The notes below the pieces were generated by a model. That model was not told the DNA's origin. It saw only the letters and a list, made by a program, of their open reading frames with translations, and did no database searches. A stretch of 64,000 bases of DNA from a virus: positions 95,747 to 159,746 of IMG/VR virus record IMGVR_UViG_3300044691_000566. One strand, 5' to 3'. The position numbers and the translations under genes were made by a program. How positions within the stretch are numbered: the first letter of the stretch is position 1; the number at the start of each line of letters is the position of its first letter. Below, piece after piece: positions 34,742 through 44,295 of the stretch.

Positions 34742-37700
34742 TTGGTGACCACCCCCACCGGGATGCCGGGAGACACCGGTCTCCCCACGCTGTCCACGCT
34801 GTATGTGAACGGCTCGCCCCTGGACGCCCTCAACAACGCGTTGCGGCTCAACACCTCTCTGGTGGCCAGCCAGCGCGAGAGCACCGAGCAGCAGTTCTTC
34901 TCCACCCCTACGCGGCCCAACGGGGACACCACCCGGGACGTCTTCGCGGTGTCGCTGTCCACCGCGCAGCGGGTGAACCTGCTCGGTTTCTCCCTGGCCC
35001 ACTTCCCGCAGCGGGCCTGGGTGCAGTACCTGGCCGCCAACGGCGTGTGGACGACCTGCACCCAGCAGAACGGTCTGGCGGCCGAAGCGTCCATCCAGGA
35101 CTGCATCCCGCAGGTGATCTCCTCCGGCGTCTCCGACAACAGCCACCTGCATCCGCAGCATTTCGGCGCCGGGCACTGGACGCCCTACCTTTTTAAAATC
35201 GCTCCGGTCACGGCCTCCCGCTTCCGGATCGTCATGACCCGGATCTCCTCGGAGAACGTCCCCGTCTCCTCCCTGAGCAACCCGGTGGACTACTCCCTGG
35301 GCGTCAAAGACTTCAACATCGGCTACCAGGCCACCACCCGGGCCGACATACCGGTGGTCACGCGGGCCGACAGCGTGGTGACCGAGACCGCCACCATCGC
35401 CTCCTCCGCCGACCTGCTCGGCTCCTCTGTGGAGTACGCGGTCCGGGAGAACCGGGCCACCGACCTCCTGGCCGGTACCGGCGCCATCTGGAAGTGCGCC
35501 CCGCAGCCGCTCGCCTCGGCCGTGGTGAACCTGTACGCCGACACCCGGGACCCCTCCGGGCGCCCGCAGGTGATCGAGAAGTTCTACCTGGAGCCCCTGC
35601 ACACCGGCTCCACGGTGAACATCTACTACTCCCTGGACGTACCCGACCCACTGGTCTTCACGGCCTCCCAGACCCCGCTGGTCTTCCCCGCCACCCGGCC
35701 GTTCGGTGCGGCCCTGCCGCAGGCCGCTGCCGACGGGATCCTCTTCCCGGGGACCCCCTCGTTCCTGGATCTCGACAACACGGTGATCCAGTTCGACTCC
35801 ACCCAGCCGTTCCAGGTCGGCATGCTCGTCCAGCCCCAGTTCCCCTCCACCTCGACCACCCCGGCGGTGGTCTATGACGACGGGGTGCTGAAGGTCTTCT
35901 TCGGCCCGGACCCCCTGGGCACGGTCGGCGGCGCCCTCCTTCAGGCGTCCTTGGGCACCATGCTGCTGAGCTGGCCCGGCCTGACCTTCGACTTCAACAC
36001 CCAGCTCCGGTTCGTCCTGGTCTACGACGGGGCCAGCCTGATGCTGTACGCCCCGGTGCAGACCCTGGGGGACAACACCAACGAGGCCGTCCCCCCGGCG
36101 CCCTACCAGGTCGTCACCGCCATGTCCGGAGGGATCGTCCCGGGCACCAATCCGCCGTCGGTGCTGCGGATCGGGGGGTCTCTCACCGCCGCTCCCCAGA
36201 ACTCGGTCCCGGCCAACTCGCGGCTGGTGTCGCTGTACGTCAAGCAGGGCACCCCGGACGGCCCGGACGTCATAGCCCAGTACTGGAACGCCCCCTCCGC
36301 CTTCGTGGTGACCCCCGAGTACCCCACGGGGCCGCAGACCACCGACAACATGCTGCTGAGGTACGACCCCCGGCAGCAGACCACCGGTCCCGACTCGCTG
36401 AACCCCTACGGGTTCCTCGGTGGACCCGGGGTGGTCTACGAGGATCTGAACTGGACCCCGATCGGCCGGGACTACCAACTCAAGAAGGGGTTCTACGACT
36501 TCCACCCGACCAAGGCCCGGTTCTTCAAGTTCGAGTTCTCCAACCTGATCGCCGAGCCGTACGAGACCGACTCGCCGATGGTCACCACGGCGAAGATCTT
36601 CGCCCAGAACGCCCACGCGCCCACGGCGGCGGCCCAGGCCGCAGCGCAGTCCTCCAACACGGGCGGCTCGGGTGTCCTGACCAACGTGGCGCTGGCGGCG
36701 GTCAACCGGTACGACGACCAGAACCGGCTGACCGCCACGGGCAGCGCGGCGGTGAACACCAACGCGGGATCGAGCACCACCTACCTGCCGACCGAGGCCC
36801 AGTTCGTCACCGACCCTCAGGGCGCCGCGCGGATGGCGCTGGCCGCTCCGTACTGGAACTTCTCCCGGCACCAGGCCAGTCCGACGATGCCCCGGCAGTC
36901 GGCCACCGGCAAGCACTACTACGAGTACGTCACCGTCGCGGCGACTAAGCGCCTGGCATATTTCGTCGGCCTGTCCAAGATCCAGATGTACCGGACCAAC
37001 GTCCAGATCGCCGACGACACCGACGTCTACCTGGAGCTGTTCCACGACGCCGCCAACCTCGTCTACGACCCGGCCATCCCCAACTGGGCACTCCACGACG
37101 GCCTCACCACGCCGCCGTCCCTCAACGTCCCCCTGACGATGACCTCGAAGCCCTACAACAGCTTCCGGACGGTGCGGGCCGTCCAGTTCGCCACCACCCA
37201 GTCGCCGCCCAAGCAACTCCTGCTGGACCCGGACTTCGACGACACCTCGCTCCAGTACTGGCGTCCGCTGGGGGACACCACCATCACCCCGGACCCGTTC
37301 TTCAACACCGAGGTGGGGTCCCTGGTCCGGGTCAACCGCGCCGGAGCCCCCGTGACGTGGTCCTCGATGGAGGAGTTCCCCACCTGGAACGCCATCGAAG
37401 ACTCCGACCCCAACCCGTACGCGCCCACGTGGGACATATTGGAGGGCACCGTCAGCCAGACCTCCCTGGGCGGCATCCAGTCGTTCCAGGCGGTGGAGGT
37501 CTCGGCGATCGGGAAGCTCTACGCGGCGGCCCGGGTGCTGTCCGCCGAGACCCTGGCCGCTCCGCTGATCCTCCAGCTCGTCAACGGGGACGGCACGGTC
37601 CTGGCCGAAGAGTCCGCGAACGTGTCGGCCGGGCAGATCGCCGAATGGTTCATCGAATACGACATCGGCTCGGGCGGCATCCCCACCGGAGTGCGTACCT

Positions 37701-38371
37701 GGAACACCGTGGAGACCCTGGGCACCTGGAACGCCCTGGAGGCCGTCGGCACCTGGAACGACGTCGCCCAGATCCCGGTCGTGGTGGACGTCCACGACGT
37801 CACCGTGCAGCTCTTCCAGAACCAGGCCACCGACGACGTCTGGTACGTCGACAACCTCTCGATCTTCAACGACGCCGTCATGTGGGAGTTCAGCCGGGAC
37901 GGCGGCCAGACCTTCTGGCCCGTCTGGGATATCCGCAACGATCCCCACGGCGTCTTCCAGTTCCCCAACGAGGACGCGGCGATCCCCGGCGGAGGCGCCT
38001 CGATCGTCTGGAGGGTGACCGGAGCGGCACCCGACCTGAGCGTGAACGCGATCCAGGTCCGGCCCTGGTTCGATTCGGTGATGCCCGGCAGTCCCGGCAA
38101 ATACACGGTGCAGCGCGGCGGACCGCACCTGACCCCGCTGGACCAGACCCCGGCGATCGAGGACGACCCGATGTTCCGGGCCTGGCACAACGTCATCCCC
38201 CAGGACTGGTGGTTCATCTACCGCCAGGCCATCCGGCAGAACGTGCAGACGCCGCTGATCACTCAGCGCTCCTACCTGCCCGACACTGTGCCCGAAGGTG
38301 TCGACGAGGGCACTCCGGCCGCCCCGCAGTCCCTGGTCACCCCGCCGTCCGTCGTCTACACCGGTTCCTGA
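34742..38371 (+). CDS. large baseplate/minor tail protein (1209 aa)
   Basis: Long ORF in the operon with TWN repeats and beta-rich domains. Confidence 0.65.
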   Translation: MVTTPTGMPGDTGLPTLSTLYVNGSPLDALNNALRLNTSLVASQRESTEQQFFSTPTRPNGDTTRDVFAVSLSTAQRVNLLGFSLAHFPQRAWVQYLAANGVWTTCTQQNGLAAEASIQDCIPQVISSGVSDNSHLHPQHFGAGHWTPYLFKIAPVTASRFRIVMTRISSENVPVSSLSNPVDYSLGVKDFNIGYQATTRADIPVVTRADSVVTETATIASSADLLGSSVEYAVRENRATDLLAGTGAIWKCAPQPLASAVVNLYADTRDPSGRPQVIEKFYLEPLHTGSTVNIYYSLDVPDPLVFTASQTPLVFPATRPFGAALPQAAADGILFPGTPSFLDLDNTVIQFDSTQPFQVGMLVQPQFPSTSTTPAVVYDDGVLKVFFGPDPLGTVGGALLQASLGTMLLSWPGLTFDFNTQLRFVLVYDGASLMLYAPVQTLGDNTNEAVPPAPYQVVTAMSGGIVPGTNPPSVLRIGGSLTAAPQNSVPANSRLVSLYVKQGTPDGPDVIAQYWNAPSAFVVTPEYPTGPQTTDNMLLRYDPRQQTTGPDSLNPYGFLGGPGVVYEDLNWTPIGRDYQLKKGFYDFHPTKARFFKFEFSNLIAEPYETDSPMVTTAKIFAQNAHAPTAAAQAAAQSSNTGGSGVLTNVALAAVNRYDDQNRLTATGSAAVNTNAGSSTTYLPTEAQFVTDPQGAARMALAAPYWNFSRHQASPTMPRQSATGKHYYEYVTVAATKRLAYFVGLSKIQMYRTNVQIADDTDVYLELFHDAANLVYDPAIPNWALHDGLTTPPSLNVPLTMTSKPYNSFRTVRAVQFATTQSPPKQLLLDPDFDDTSLQYWRPLGDTTITPDPFFNTEVGSLVRVNRAGAPVTWSSMEEFPTWNAIEDSDPNPYAPTWDILEGTVSQTSLGGIQSFQAVEVSAIGKLYAAARVLSAETLAAPLILQLVNGDGTVLAEESANVSAGQIAEWFIEYDIGSGGIPTGVRTWNTVETLGTWNALEAVGTWNDVAQIPVVVDVHDVTVQLFQNQATDDVWYVDNLSIFNDAVMWEFSRDGGQTFWPVWDIRNDPHGVFQFPNEDAAIPGGGASIVWRVTGAAPDLSVNAIQVRPWFDSVMPGSPGKYTVQRGGPHLTPLDQTPAIEDDPMFRAWHNVIPQDWWFIYRQAIRQNVQTPLITQRSYLPDTVPEGVDEGTPAAPQSLVTPPSVVYTGS

Positions 38372-38380
38372 GGAGGCCCC

Positions 38381-39157
38381 GTGCGCGCCCACTACACCCG
38401 TCCGGTCACCGATCAGCAGGGCAACCTCCTGCCGAACGCCCAGATCAACCTGTACGACCCGGCCACCACCAATCCGATCACCCCGGTCGTCTACTCCACG
38501 GACACCGGAAGCAACGTGCTGTCCAATCCGTACGTCTCGTCCACGGGACTGATCGACTTCTACCTGGACGTTCCCGCCCGGGTCCGGATCGGCATCGTCC
38601 AGGGCGGTCTGCCCATGCAGTTCTTCGAGGACGTGGACGTTCTCATGGCCGGATCGGACTCCCAGCACATCGGGACCGGTGCGTCCTCCCTGGTGATCGG
38701 AGTCGGCGCCACGTCGGCGGGTACCACCTCGGCCGCGCTGGGACCGGCGGCCACCTCGGGCGGCAACAGCGCCCTGGCCGTGGGCCCCACGACGAATGCC
38801 CTCGGCGACTACTCGGCCGCCATCGGCTCCGGGGCGGCCACCTCCGGCACAGGGGGCACCGCCGTGGGCCGCAACGCCCAGGGGACGGGCCCGGCGTCCA
38901 CCGCGCTGGGCAACGGCGCCCAGGCGGCAGCACAGAGCGGCGTGGCCCTCGGTGACGGCGCGGTGTCGGCATCCCCCCACTCTTCGGCGATCGGTCCGGG
39001 AGCCCTGACCACCCAGTCCAACCAGGTCATGCTGGGCACCACCGTAGACATCGTGGAGCTGCCGCCGGGCTCGGCCCTGGTGATGAGCGACCCCGGCGGG
39101 ATCCGCTGGCAGATCACCATCAACGCCGACGGGAGCCTGAACACCGTTCTCGTGTGA
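38381..39157 (+). CDS. tail fibre protein with YadA-head-like repeats
   Basis: ~14-residue repeats SAALG/ALAVG/SAAIG/STALG. Confidence 0.7.
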   Translation: MRAHYTRPVTDQQGNLLPNAQINLYDPATTNPITPVVYSTDTGSNVLSNPYVSSTGLIDFYLDVPARVRIGIVQGGLPMQFFEDVDVLMAGSDSQHIGTGASSLVIGVGATSAGTTSAALGPAATSGGNSALAVGPTTNALGDYSAAIGSGAATSGTGGTAVGRNAQGTGPASTALGNGAQAAAQSGVALGDGAVSASPHSSAIGPGALTTQSNQVMLGTTVDIVELPPGSALVMSDPGGIRWQITINADGSLNTVLV

Positions 39158-39191
39158 TGTCGCTGAGTCGTCCTCACCGCTGAAGAGGTGA
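39158..39191 (+). promoter_or_regulatory. late-promoter motif TGTC-N20-GAAGAGGTGA
   Basis: Motif copy. Confidence 0.7.
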
Positions 39192-39206
39192 GGACGAGGA
39201 GGATCC

Positions 39207-42011
39207 GTGGCCCGAGCACACCTGTTCCGCCCCATCACCGACCGTGAGGGGAATCTGCTCTATGGCGCAACGGTGACGGTGCGGGAGACGAACTTCGCCA
39301 TCCCCATCGGCCAGAGCCTGTTCAGCGGGCCGACGGCTCCCGACACCCTGGCCAACCCCTTCACCGCCGACAACGGGGTGATCGACTTCTGGGTGGACGA
39401 GCCGCAGCGTGTCTCGCTCCTGGTGCAGTCCCCCACGGTGGCGGACATTCTGGTCTACCTCGATGCCCAGCCGCCGCCGGAGCAGATCGTCACCACCGAC
39501 TCCCCCCTGGAGATCGTCAACGTCCCCACCACCTCCGGCCAGGTGCTGCTCAGCACCAGCACCCCCGGACAGGTGCAGTGGGGCAACCCGCCCTCCGGTA
39601 CCGGCCTGACCCCGGTGGTGGTGGTCTCCTCGCAGAACTTCTCCACCGGGGGCGACCCGGTGGGCTGGACCTTCGTACAGACCAACGGCGCCGGGCACAG
39701 CTACGATCCGCTGACCGTCCCGCCGGGGACCAACTACCCGCGCTCCCTGAAGATGGTCCAGTCGGCGAACTCCGGCCTGCTCACCCTGACCGGTCCCACC
39801 TTCACGCTGCTGGAGTCCGGGCGCGTCTCGATGTGGATCAAGACGGACATCGCCCCCACCGAGACGTTCACCGTCAAGATCGTGGACGCCTCCTCGGTGC
39901 AGACCACCCTGGCCACCATCGTTCAGGACCAGGACTGGGGGTTCTACTCCTTCAACCTGGCCGCCGGGACCTGGCATCCGCTGCTCACCTACACGGGCGC
40001 CGCCAGCTACAGCGGCACCACCCCGCATTCGGTGTGGACAACCGGCTACATCGCCCAGTACGGCGCCAACATTCCCCCGCACAGCCACAACGGCACCGGC
40101 ACCAATTCGGTGGCCCTGGGCACCGGCTCTACCGCCACCGCCACCGGCTCCACGGCCGTGGGCGCCACGGCGCACGCCACCGGTACCAACGCGACCGCCT
40201 TCGGGTACAACGCCGTGGCCGCCGGGAACAGCGCCGTGGCCGCCGGGTACAACGCCAGTGCGTCCACCGATTTCTCCCTGGCCGTCGGCTCCGGCGCCAC
40301 CGGCAGCGGCACGGCCACCGCGTGGGCCGCCGTGGGCTACAACGCCAACGCGGGCGGCCTGGAGGCCGTGGCCGTCGGCAAGAACGCCACGGTGGGCTCC
40401 GACTACGGCGTGGCGGTCGGCTCCGGCACCACGGTGGGCGCTTCGGCCAGTGCCGCCGTGGCCATCGGCGCGGGAGCCCAGGCCCAGGCCCCCAACTCCC
40501 TCGCGCTGGGCACCGGGGCCTTCGTCCCGTCCTCCCACAACAACTCGATCGCCCTCGGCGCGAACGCGGCCACCAACAGCGCCAACCAGATCATGATGGG
40601 CAACGACGGGGCGATCACCACCGTGCTGGGGTCCCTCCAGAACTACGGCATCGCGTCCCTGGGATCCCCCTCCTCCCGGATCGGCTTCTACGGCTCCCCT
40701 GGCAACATTGCCCAGACCGTGTCCGGCTCCGACGACGGCAACGTGACGCTGAGGACCCTGGTCCAGGCCCTGGCCAGCATGGGCCTGATCGTCAACAACA
40801 GCCTCCAGCAGCCCGCCCCGTTCCGGTCCCCGGTCGGCGTGATCGACTTCTTCTACCACCAGGACCCCGGGGACGGCTCCCTGGGTGTGGCCGACTTCGA
40901 CTTCCAGCCGTACGCCTACGCCCCGCTGGCCTACTCCAGCAAGAACCCCTACCCGTCGGGTCCGCAGTGGTTCGTCGGCGCGGACCACAACGGGTACAAG
41001 GGCTTCGCCACCGGCATCGGCGTGCTGAAAAACATGCTGACCACCAAGCAGAGTTTCGCCTTCGGTATCGCCACTGCCGGTACCGGTAACAGGCTCTGCC
41101 TGGCGCTGCGGCACACCGGGGCGGCCGGGAACGCGGCGGCGGCCGGGTACGTCCTCCTCGACCAGGCGGCCAACACGATCAGTTTCGCGGTGAAGGCGGC
41201 CGGGGTCGATTCGGACACCTTCACGGTCATCGGATCCCCGGTCGACCTCACTTCGATCGGCTCCACGCCCTTCGACGGCAACACGCACACGCACTTCGTC
41301 TCCGCCTCCGGCAACAACGTGATGTGGGCCGACGGGGCCTCCGGCATGCCGATCACGTGGTCCACGGGCACCCTCAACAACACGGGCACCTACATGGGCG
41401 TCGACTTCGCCCAGACCACCACCAAGCTCAACAACGTGTTCTTCCGCCCGCAGGAGACGTGGGACGCCTTCCAGACGACGGGCGCCCTGGTCAACGCGCC
41501 GTCCGGCGAAGCATGGTGGCCGGTGCTGTCCGGAGGGGGGACGACCGCCACCGTGAACACGGCGGCCAACCTCCAGCTCACCGGGGCGACCAGCGGCTCC
41601 GCCATCGCGTACGTGCTGACGGGGACCAACACCACCGGCAAGTGGGCGAACCTCCGCTGGGCGCCCGGTACCACCCCCACCACCGGGATGGGCATGGTCG
41701 GCCGGTACGTCGATCCCAACAACTACTTCTTCATCAACAACAGCCAGATCACCCGGGTCCTGTCCGGCACTCAGACGACCCTGCTCACCCTCAGCCAGAC
41801 CTTCATCGCCGGGGACCGCATGCAGGTGTTCTTCAACGGCACCACGGGCCTGATCCAGGTCTACCGCAACAACAATCTGATCGGCACCACCACCGATACG
41901 AACTTCCTGACCAGCAACCGGTTCGGCCTGGGGATACGCGGCGCCGGTACGGCGAACTTCGGCTATCTGTGGGTCTACGACCAGTACAACCTGGCGGTGA
42001 CGTACAAGTGA
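39207..42011 (+). CDS. tail fibre protein with YadA-head-like repeats and a C-terminal lectin-like domain
   Basis: NSVALG/STAVG/ATAFG repeats; N-terminus paralogous to gene 38381. Confidence 0.75.
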   Translation: MARAHLFRPITDREGNLLYGATVTVRETNFAIPIGQSLFSGPTAPDTLANPFTADNGVIDFWVDEPQRVSLLVQSPTVADILVYLDAQPPPEQIVTTDSPLEIVNVPTTSGQVLLSTSTPGQVQWGNPPSGTGLTPVVVVSSQNFSTGGDPVGWTFVQTNGAGHSYDPLTVPPGTNYPRSLKMVQSANSGLLTLTGPTFTLLESGRVSMWIKTDIAPTETFTVKIVDASSVQTTLATIVQDQDWGFYSFNLAAGTWHPLLTYTGAASYSGTTPHSVWTTGYIAQYGANIPPHSHNGTGTNSVALGTGSTATATGSTAVGATAHATGTNATAFGYNAVAAGNSAVAAGYNASASTDFSLAVGSGATGSGTATAWAAVGYNANAGGLEAVAVGKNATVGSDYGVAVGSGTTVGASASAAVAIGAGAQAQAPNSLALGTGAFVPSSHNNSIALGANAATNSANQIMMGNDGAITTVLGSLQNYGIASLGSPSSRIGFYGSPGNIAQTVSGSDDGNVTLRTLVQALASMGLIVNNSLQQPAPFRSPVGVIDFFYHQDPGDGSLGVADFDFQPYAYAPLAYSSKNPYPSGPQWFVGADHNGYKGFATGIGVLKNMLTTKQSFAFGIATAGTGNRLCLALRHTGAAGNAAAAGYVLLDQAANTISFAVKAAGVDSDTFTVIGSPVDLTSIGSTPFDGNTHTHFVSASGNNVMWADGASGMPITWSTGTLNNTGTYMGVDFAQTTTKLNNVFFRPQETWDAFQTTGALVNAPSGEAWWPVLSGGGTTATVNTAANLQLTGATSGSAIAYVLTGTNTTGKWANLRWAPGTTPTTGMGMVGRYVDPNNYFFINNSQITRVLSGTQTTLLTLSQTFIAGDRMQVFFNGTTGLIQVYRNNNLIGTTTDTNFLTSNRFGLGIRGAGTANFGYLWVYDQYNLAVTYK

Positions 42012-43909
42012 CGCGCTCCCACCTGCATCTTCCTCTGGTCAACAGCGCGGGGACGATCTTTCCGTACGCCTCGGTGACGATCACCGACGACTCCGGGGGA
42101 CCGCTGCCCGTCGCCACCTTCGTCCAGGCCAGCGGCGGCAATCCGGTCCCGTTCCCGCTGTTCGTCGACCCCGGCGTGATCGACGTGTGGCTGGACGGCC
42201 CGGCCCGCGTGCGGATCGTCGCCGAGGTGTCCGACAACGTCCGGATCGTGCTGGACGGCATCGACGTCCTGCCGCCCCCCGACGAGATCGTGCAGGCTCC
42301 CGCGCCTCTCGCGATCACCGGGGCCGCCACGTCGGTCTACCAGGGCGTGCTGATGTCCTCGACTCCCGGCGGAGGCGCCTTCCGGGTGGCCGACCCGATC
42401 GGCACCCACCAGCACCGGGGCGACTCGGTGGGCTCGGTGGTGCTCACCGGGGAGGACGCGACCGACTTCAACCCGTACCAGTCCTGGATCGGCTACCACG
42501 CCGGGGAGAACGCTGCGGCCAGCTCCGCCGGGTCCTCGGCTCTGGGCCCGCACGCGGCTGTCTACGGCGCCTCCGCGACCCTTCTGGGCGTGGGGGAGGT
42601 CGCCGCCCAGACCTCCACGGGAATGGCGGGGGACACCGCCACCGTGCTGTCCTCCGAGGACAGCAACGCCACCGCCAACTCCACGGCCGTCGGTGCGGCC
42701 AACCTGACCCAGCAGGGCCGGGACATGACGGTCCTGGGCTCCCTCAACGGCCCCTCCACCTCCGGCTCGGTGCCCAACAGCTCCACGGTGATCGGGCCCG
42801 GCAACATCATCGGAGCGGCCGGGGCCCTCAAGATCGGTGCCAACCACCCCACCTCCGGCGCCGGGAACAACCACACCGCCATCGGCGTGGGCAACACGGC
42901 CCAGCAGAACGGCCTCCCATGGGCCGGGGTGCAGACCCCCATCGCCCTGGGAGCCAACAAGACCCTGGCCGGAGACCCCTCCGACGTGACCTCCACCGAC
43001 GACTGGTTCGGCGGGACCGGCCCCCTGGCCGTGGGGACCAACAGCCCGGCCTTCAACCCGTCCCTGATCACGGTGGGGGGCAACATGGCCACCCAGGTTG
43101 CCCTGCGGGTGAACGGCGACACGATCGTCAACGGCCACCGCACCTACTCCAACACCGCGACCACCCTGGGGTTTTTCGGGGCCACCGGTACCGCCCGCCC
43201 CCAGGTGGCCATCAACTCCGGGGACGTCACCAGCACCATGCTGTCGGCCCTGCTCGGCTACCTGTCGAAGCTCGGGCTGATCTACACCACGGCGACCCCC
43301 GTCCTCACCGAATCGGGCACCCACCCCGACGGCGCAGCCCTGGAATTCGCCGAGACCGGCCAGGCCCTCCAGTGGAAGCTCCCCCCGACCTCCGTGGACT
43401 ACCGGGCGGTCAACGCCTTCACGGTGGCCTCCAACAAGGTGGTGCTCAACTCGGCTCTCGCGCCGTTCCCGACCAACGGCCTGCCCGCCTTCTACTCCTG
43501 CGGCCGGGCCGACGTGACGGTTCAGGGGCGTTTCGGTTACAGCGCGGCCACCTCGGGGTTCCCCACCGGGGACCTCTACACGGGCCTGATGGTCCGCTCG
43601 TACCTGGCCACGTCGATCGTGGGCGGCCAGACTGTCGCCGTGCCCACCGGATACCTGGTGGGCCGCTCGGCTGTGTACTCGGTCACCGGCAACACCATCG
43701 GCGCCACAGTGGCCACCCTCAGCGCCTCTCCCGCTGCCGGTGACCTGCTTCAGGCCGACTGCTCCGGCACCTCCGTGACGGTCCGGGTCAACGGGTCCTC
43801 GGTGGCCACGTTCACCGACAGCACCCTCACCACCCGCGTGAAGCACGGGTTCCGGATCCTCGCCAGCACCTCGGCCTGGGCGTTCCAGGTCTCCCCCTTC
43901 GGGTTCTGA
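42008..43909 (+). CDS. third paralogous tail fibre protein
   Basis: GTG overlapping the previous stop; TRSHLHLPL N-terminus paralogous to ARAHLFRPI and RAHYTRPV. Confidence 0.7.
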   Translation: MTRSHLHLPLVNSAGTIFPYASVTITDDSGGPLPVATFVQASGGNPVPFPLFVDPGVIDVWLDGPARVRIVAEVSDNVRIVLDGIDVLPPPDEIVQAPAPLAITGAATSVYQGVLMSSTPGGGAFRVADPIGTHQHRGDSVGSVVLTGEDATDFNPYQSWIGYHAGENAAASSAGSSALGPHAAVYGASATLLGVGEVAAQTSTGMAGDTATVLSSEDSNATANSTAVGAANLTQQGRDMTVLGSLNGPSTSGSVPNSSTVIGPGNIIGAAGALKIGANHPTSGAGNNHTAIGVGNTAQQNGLPWAGVQTPIALGANKTLAGDPSDVTSTDDWFGGTGPLAVGTNSPAFNPSLITVGGNMATQVALRVNGDTIVNGHRTYSNTATTLGFFGATGTARPQVAINSGDVTSTMLSALLGYLSKLGLIYTTATPVLTESGTHPDGAALEFAETGQALQWKLPPTSVDYRAVNAFTVASNKVVLNSALAPFPTNGLPAFYSCGRADVTVQGRFGYSAATSGFPTGDLYTGLMVRSYLATSIVGGQTVAVPTGYLVGRSAVYSVTGNTIGATVATLSASPAAGDLLQADCSGTSVTVRVNGSSVATFTDSTLTTRVKHGFRILASTSAWAFQVSPFGF

Positions 43910-43925
43910 CCCAGAAGATCGCGCG

Positions 43926-43973
43926 TAGACGGGGATTGTTCCAGGTAGCTAATATCCTGTTAGGAACAATCCC
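43926..43973 (+). promoter_or_regulatory. promoter candidate overlapped by an 11-bp inverted repeat at the late/early boundary
   Basis: TAGACG-N18-TAATAT; GGGATTGTTCC...GGAACAATCCC. Confidence 0.45.
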
Positions 43974-43983
43974 TGGAGGAGTC

Positions 43984-44295
43984 GTGACACTCGACATGAT
44001 GGCGGCGCAGATCGTGATGCGCGCCCGCCAGATCGAGCGCGCCCTGCACGATCCCGGACCCTGGACCATCAGGAACCACGGCCACACCTACCCGGCGCGC
44101 AAGGTCATCGGTGACGACCACGTGACCTTCTATGCCGTCGTGGACATTCACCACCCGGTCCTGGAGCTGTGCGCCGGAGAGCGGTCGATCCAGAACGGGG
44201 GACTGGTGGCCTTCAAGACCGTGGAGAACGTGGAGGGCCCGACCCAGGTCTCCTGGGAGTTCCTGGTGGCCAATTTCGAGCAGGTTGCCGCATGA
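43984..44295 (+). CDS. hypothetical protein
   Basis: RBS GGAGGAG before GTG 43984. Confidence 0.6.
   Translation: MTLDMMAAQIVMRARQIERALHDPGPWTIRNHGHTYPARKVIGDDHVTFYAVVDIHHPVLELCAGERSIQNGGLVAFKTVENVEGPTQVSWEFLVANFEQVAA

Noticed and set aside
33380-39238. Very long antisense ORFs (33380-39238, 23479-26019, 13438-15903, and the 5' two-thirds of 49669-52680)
   Set aside because: Shadow ORFs opposite well-supported genes, typical of high-GC3 DNA.
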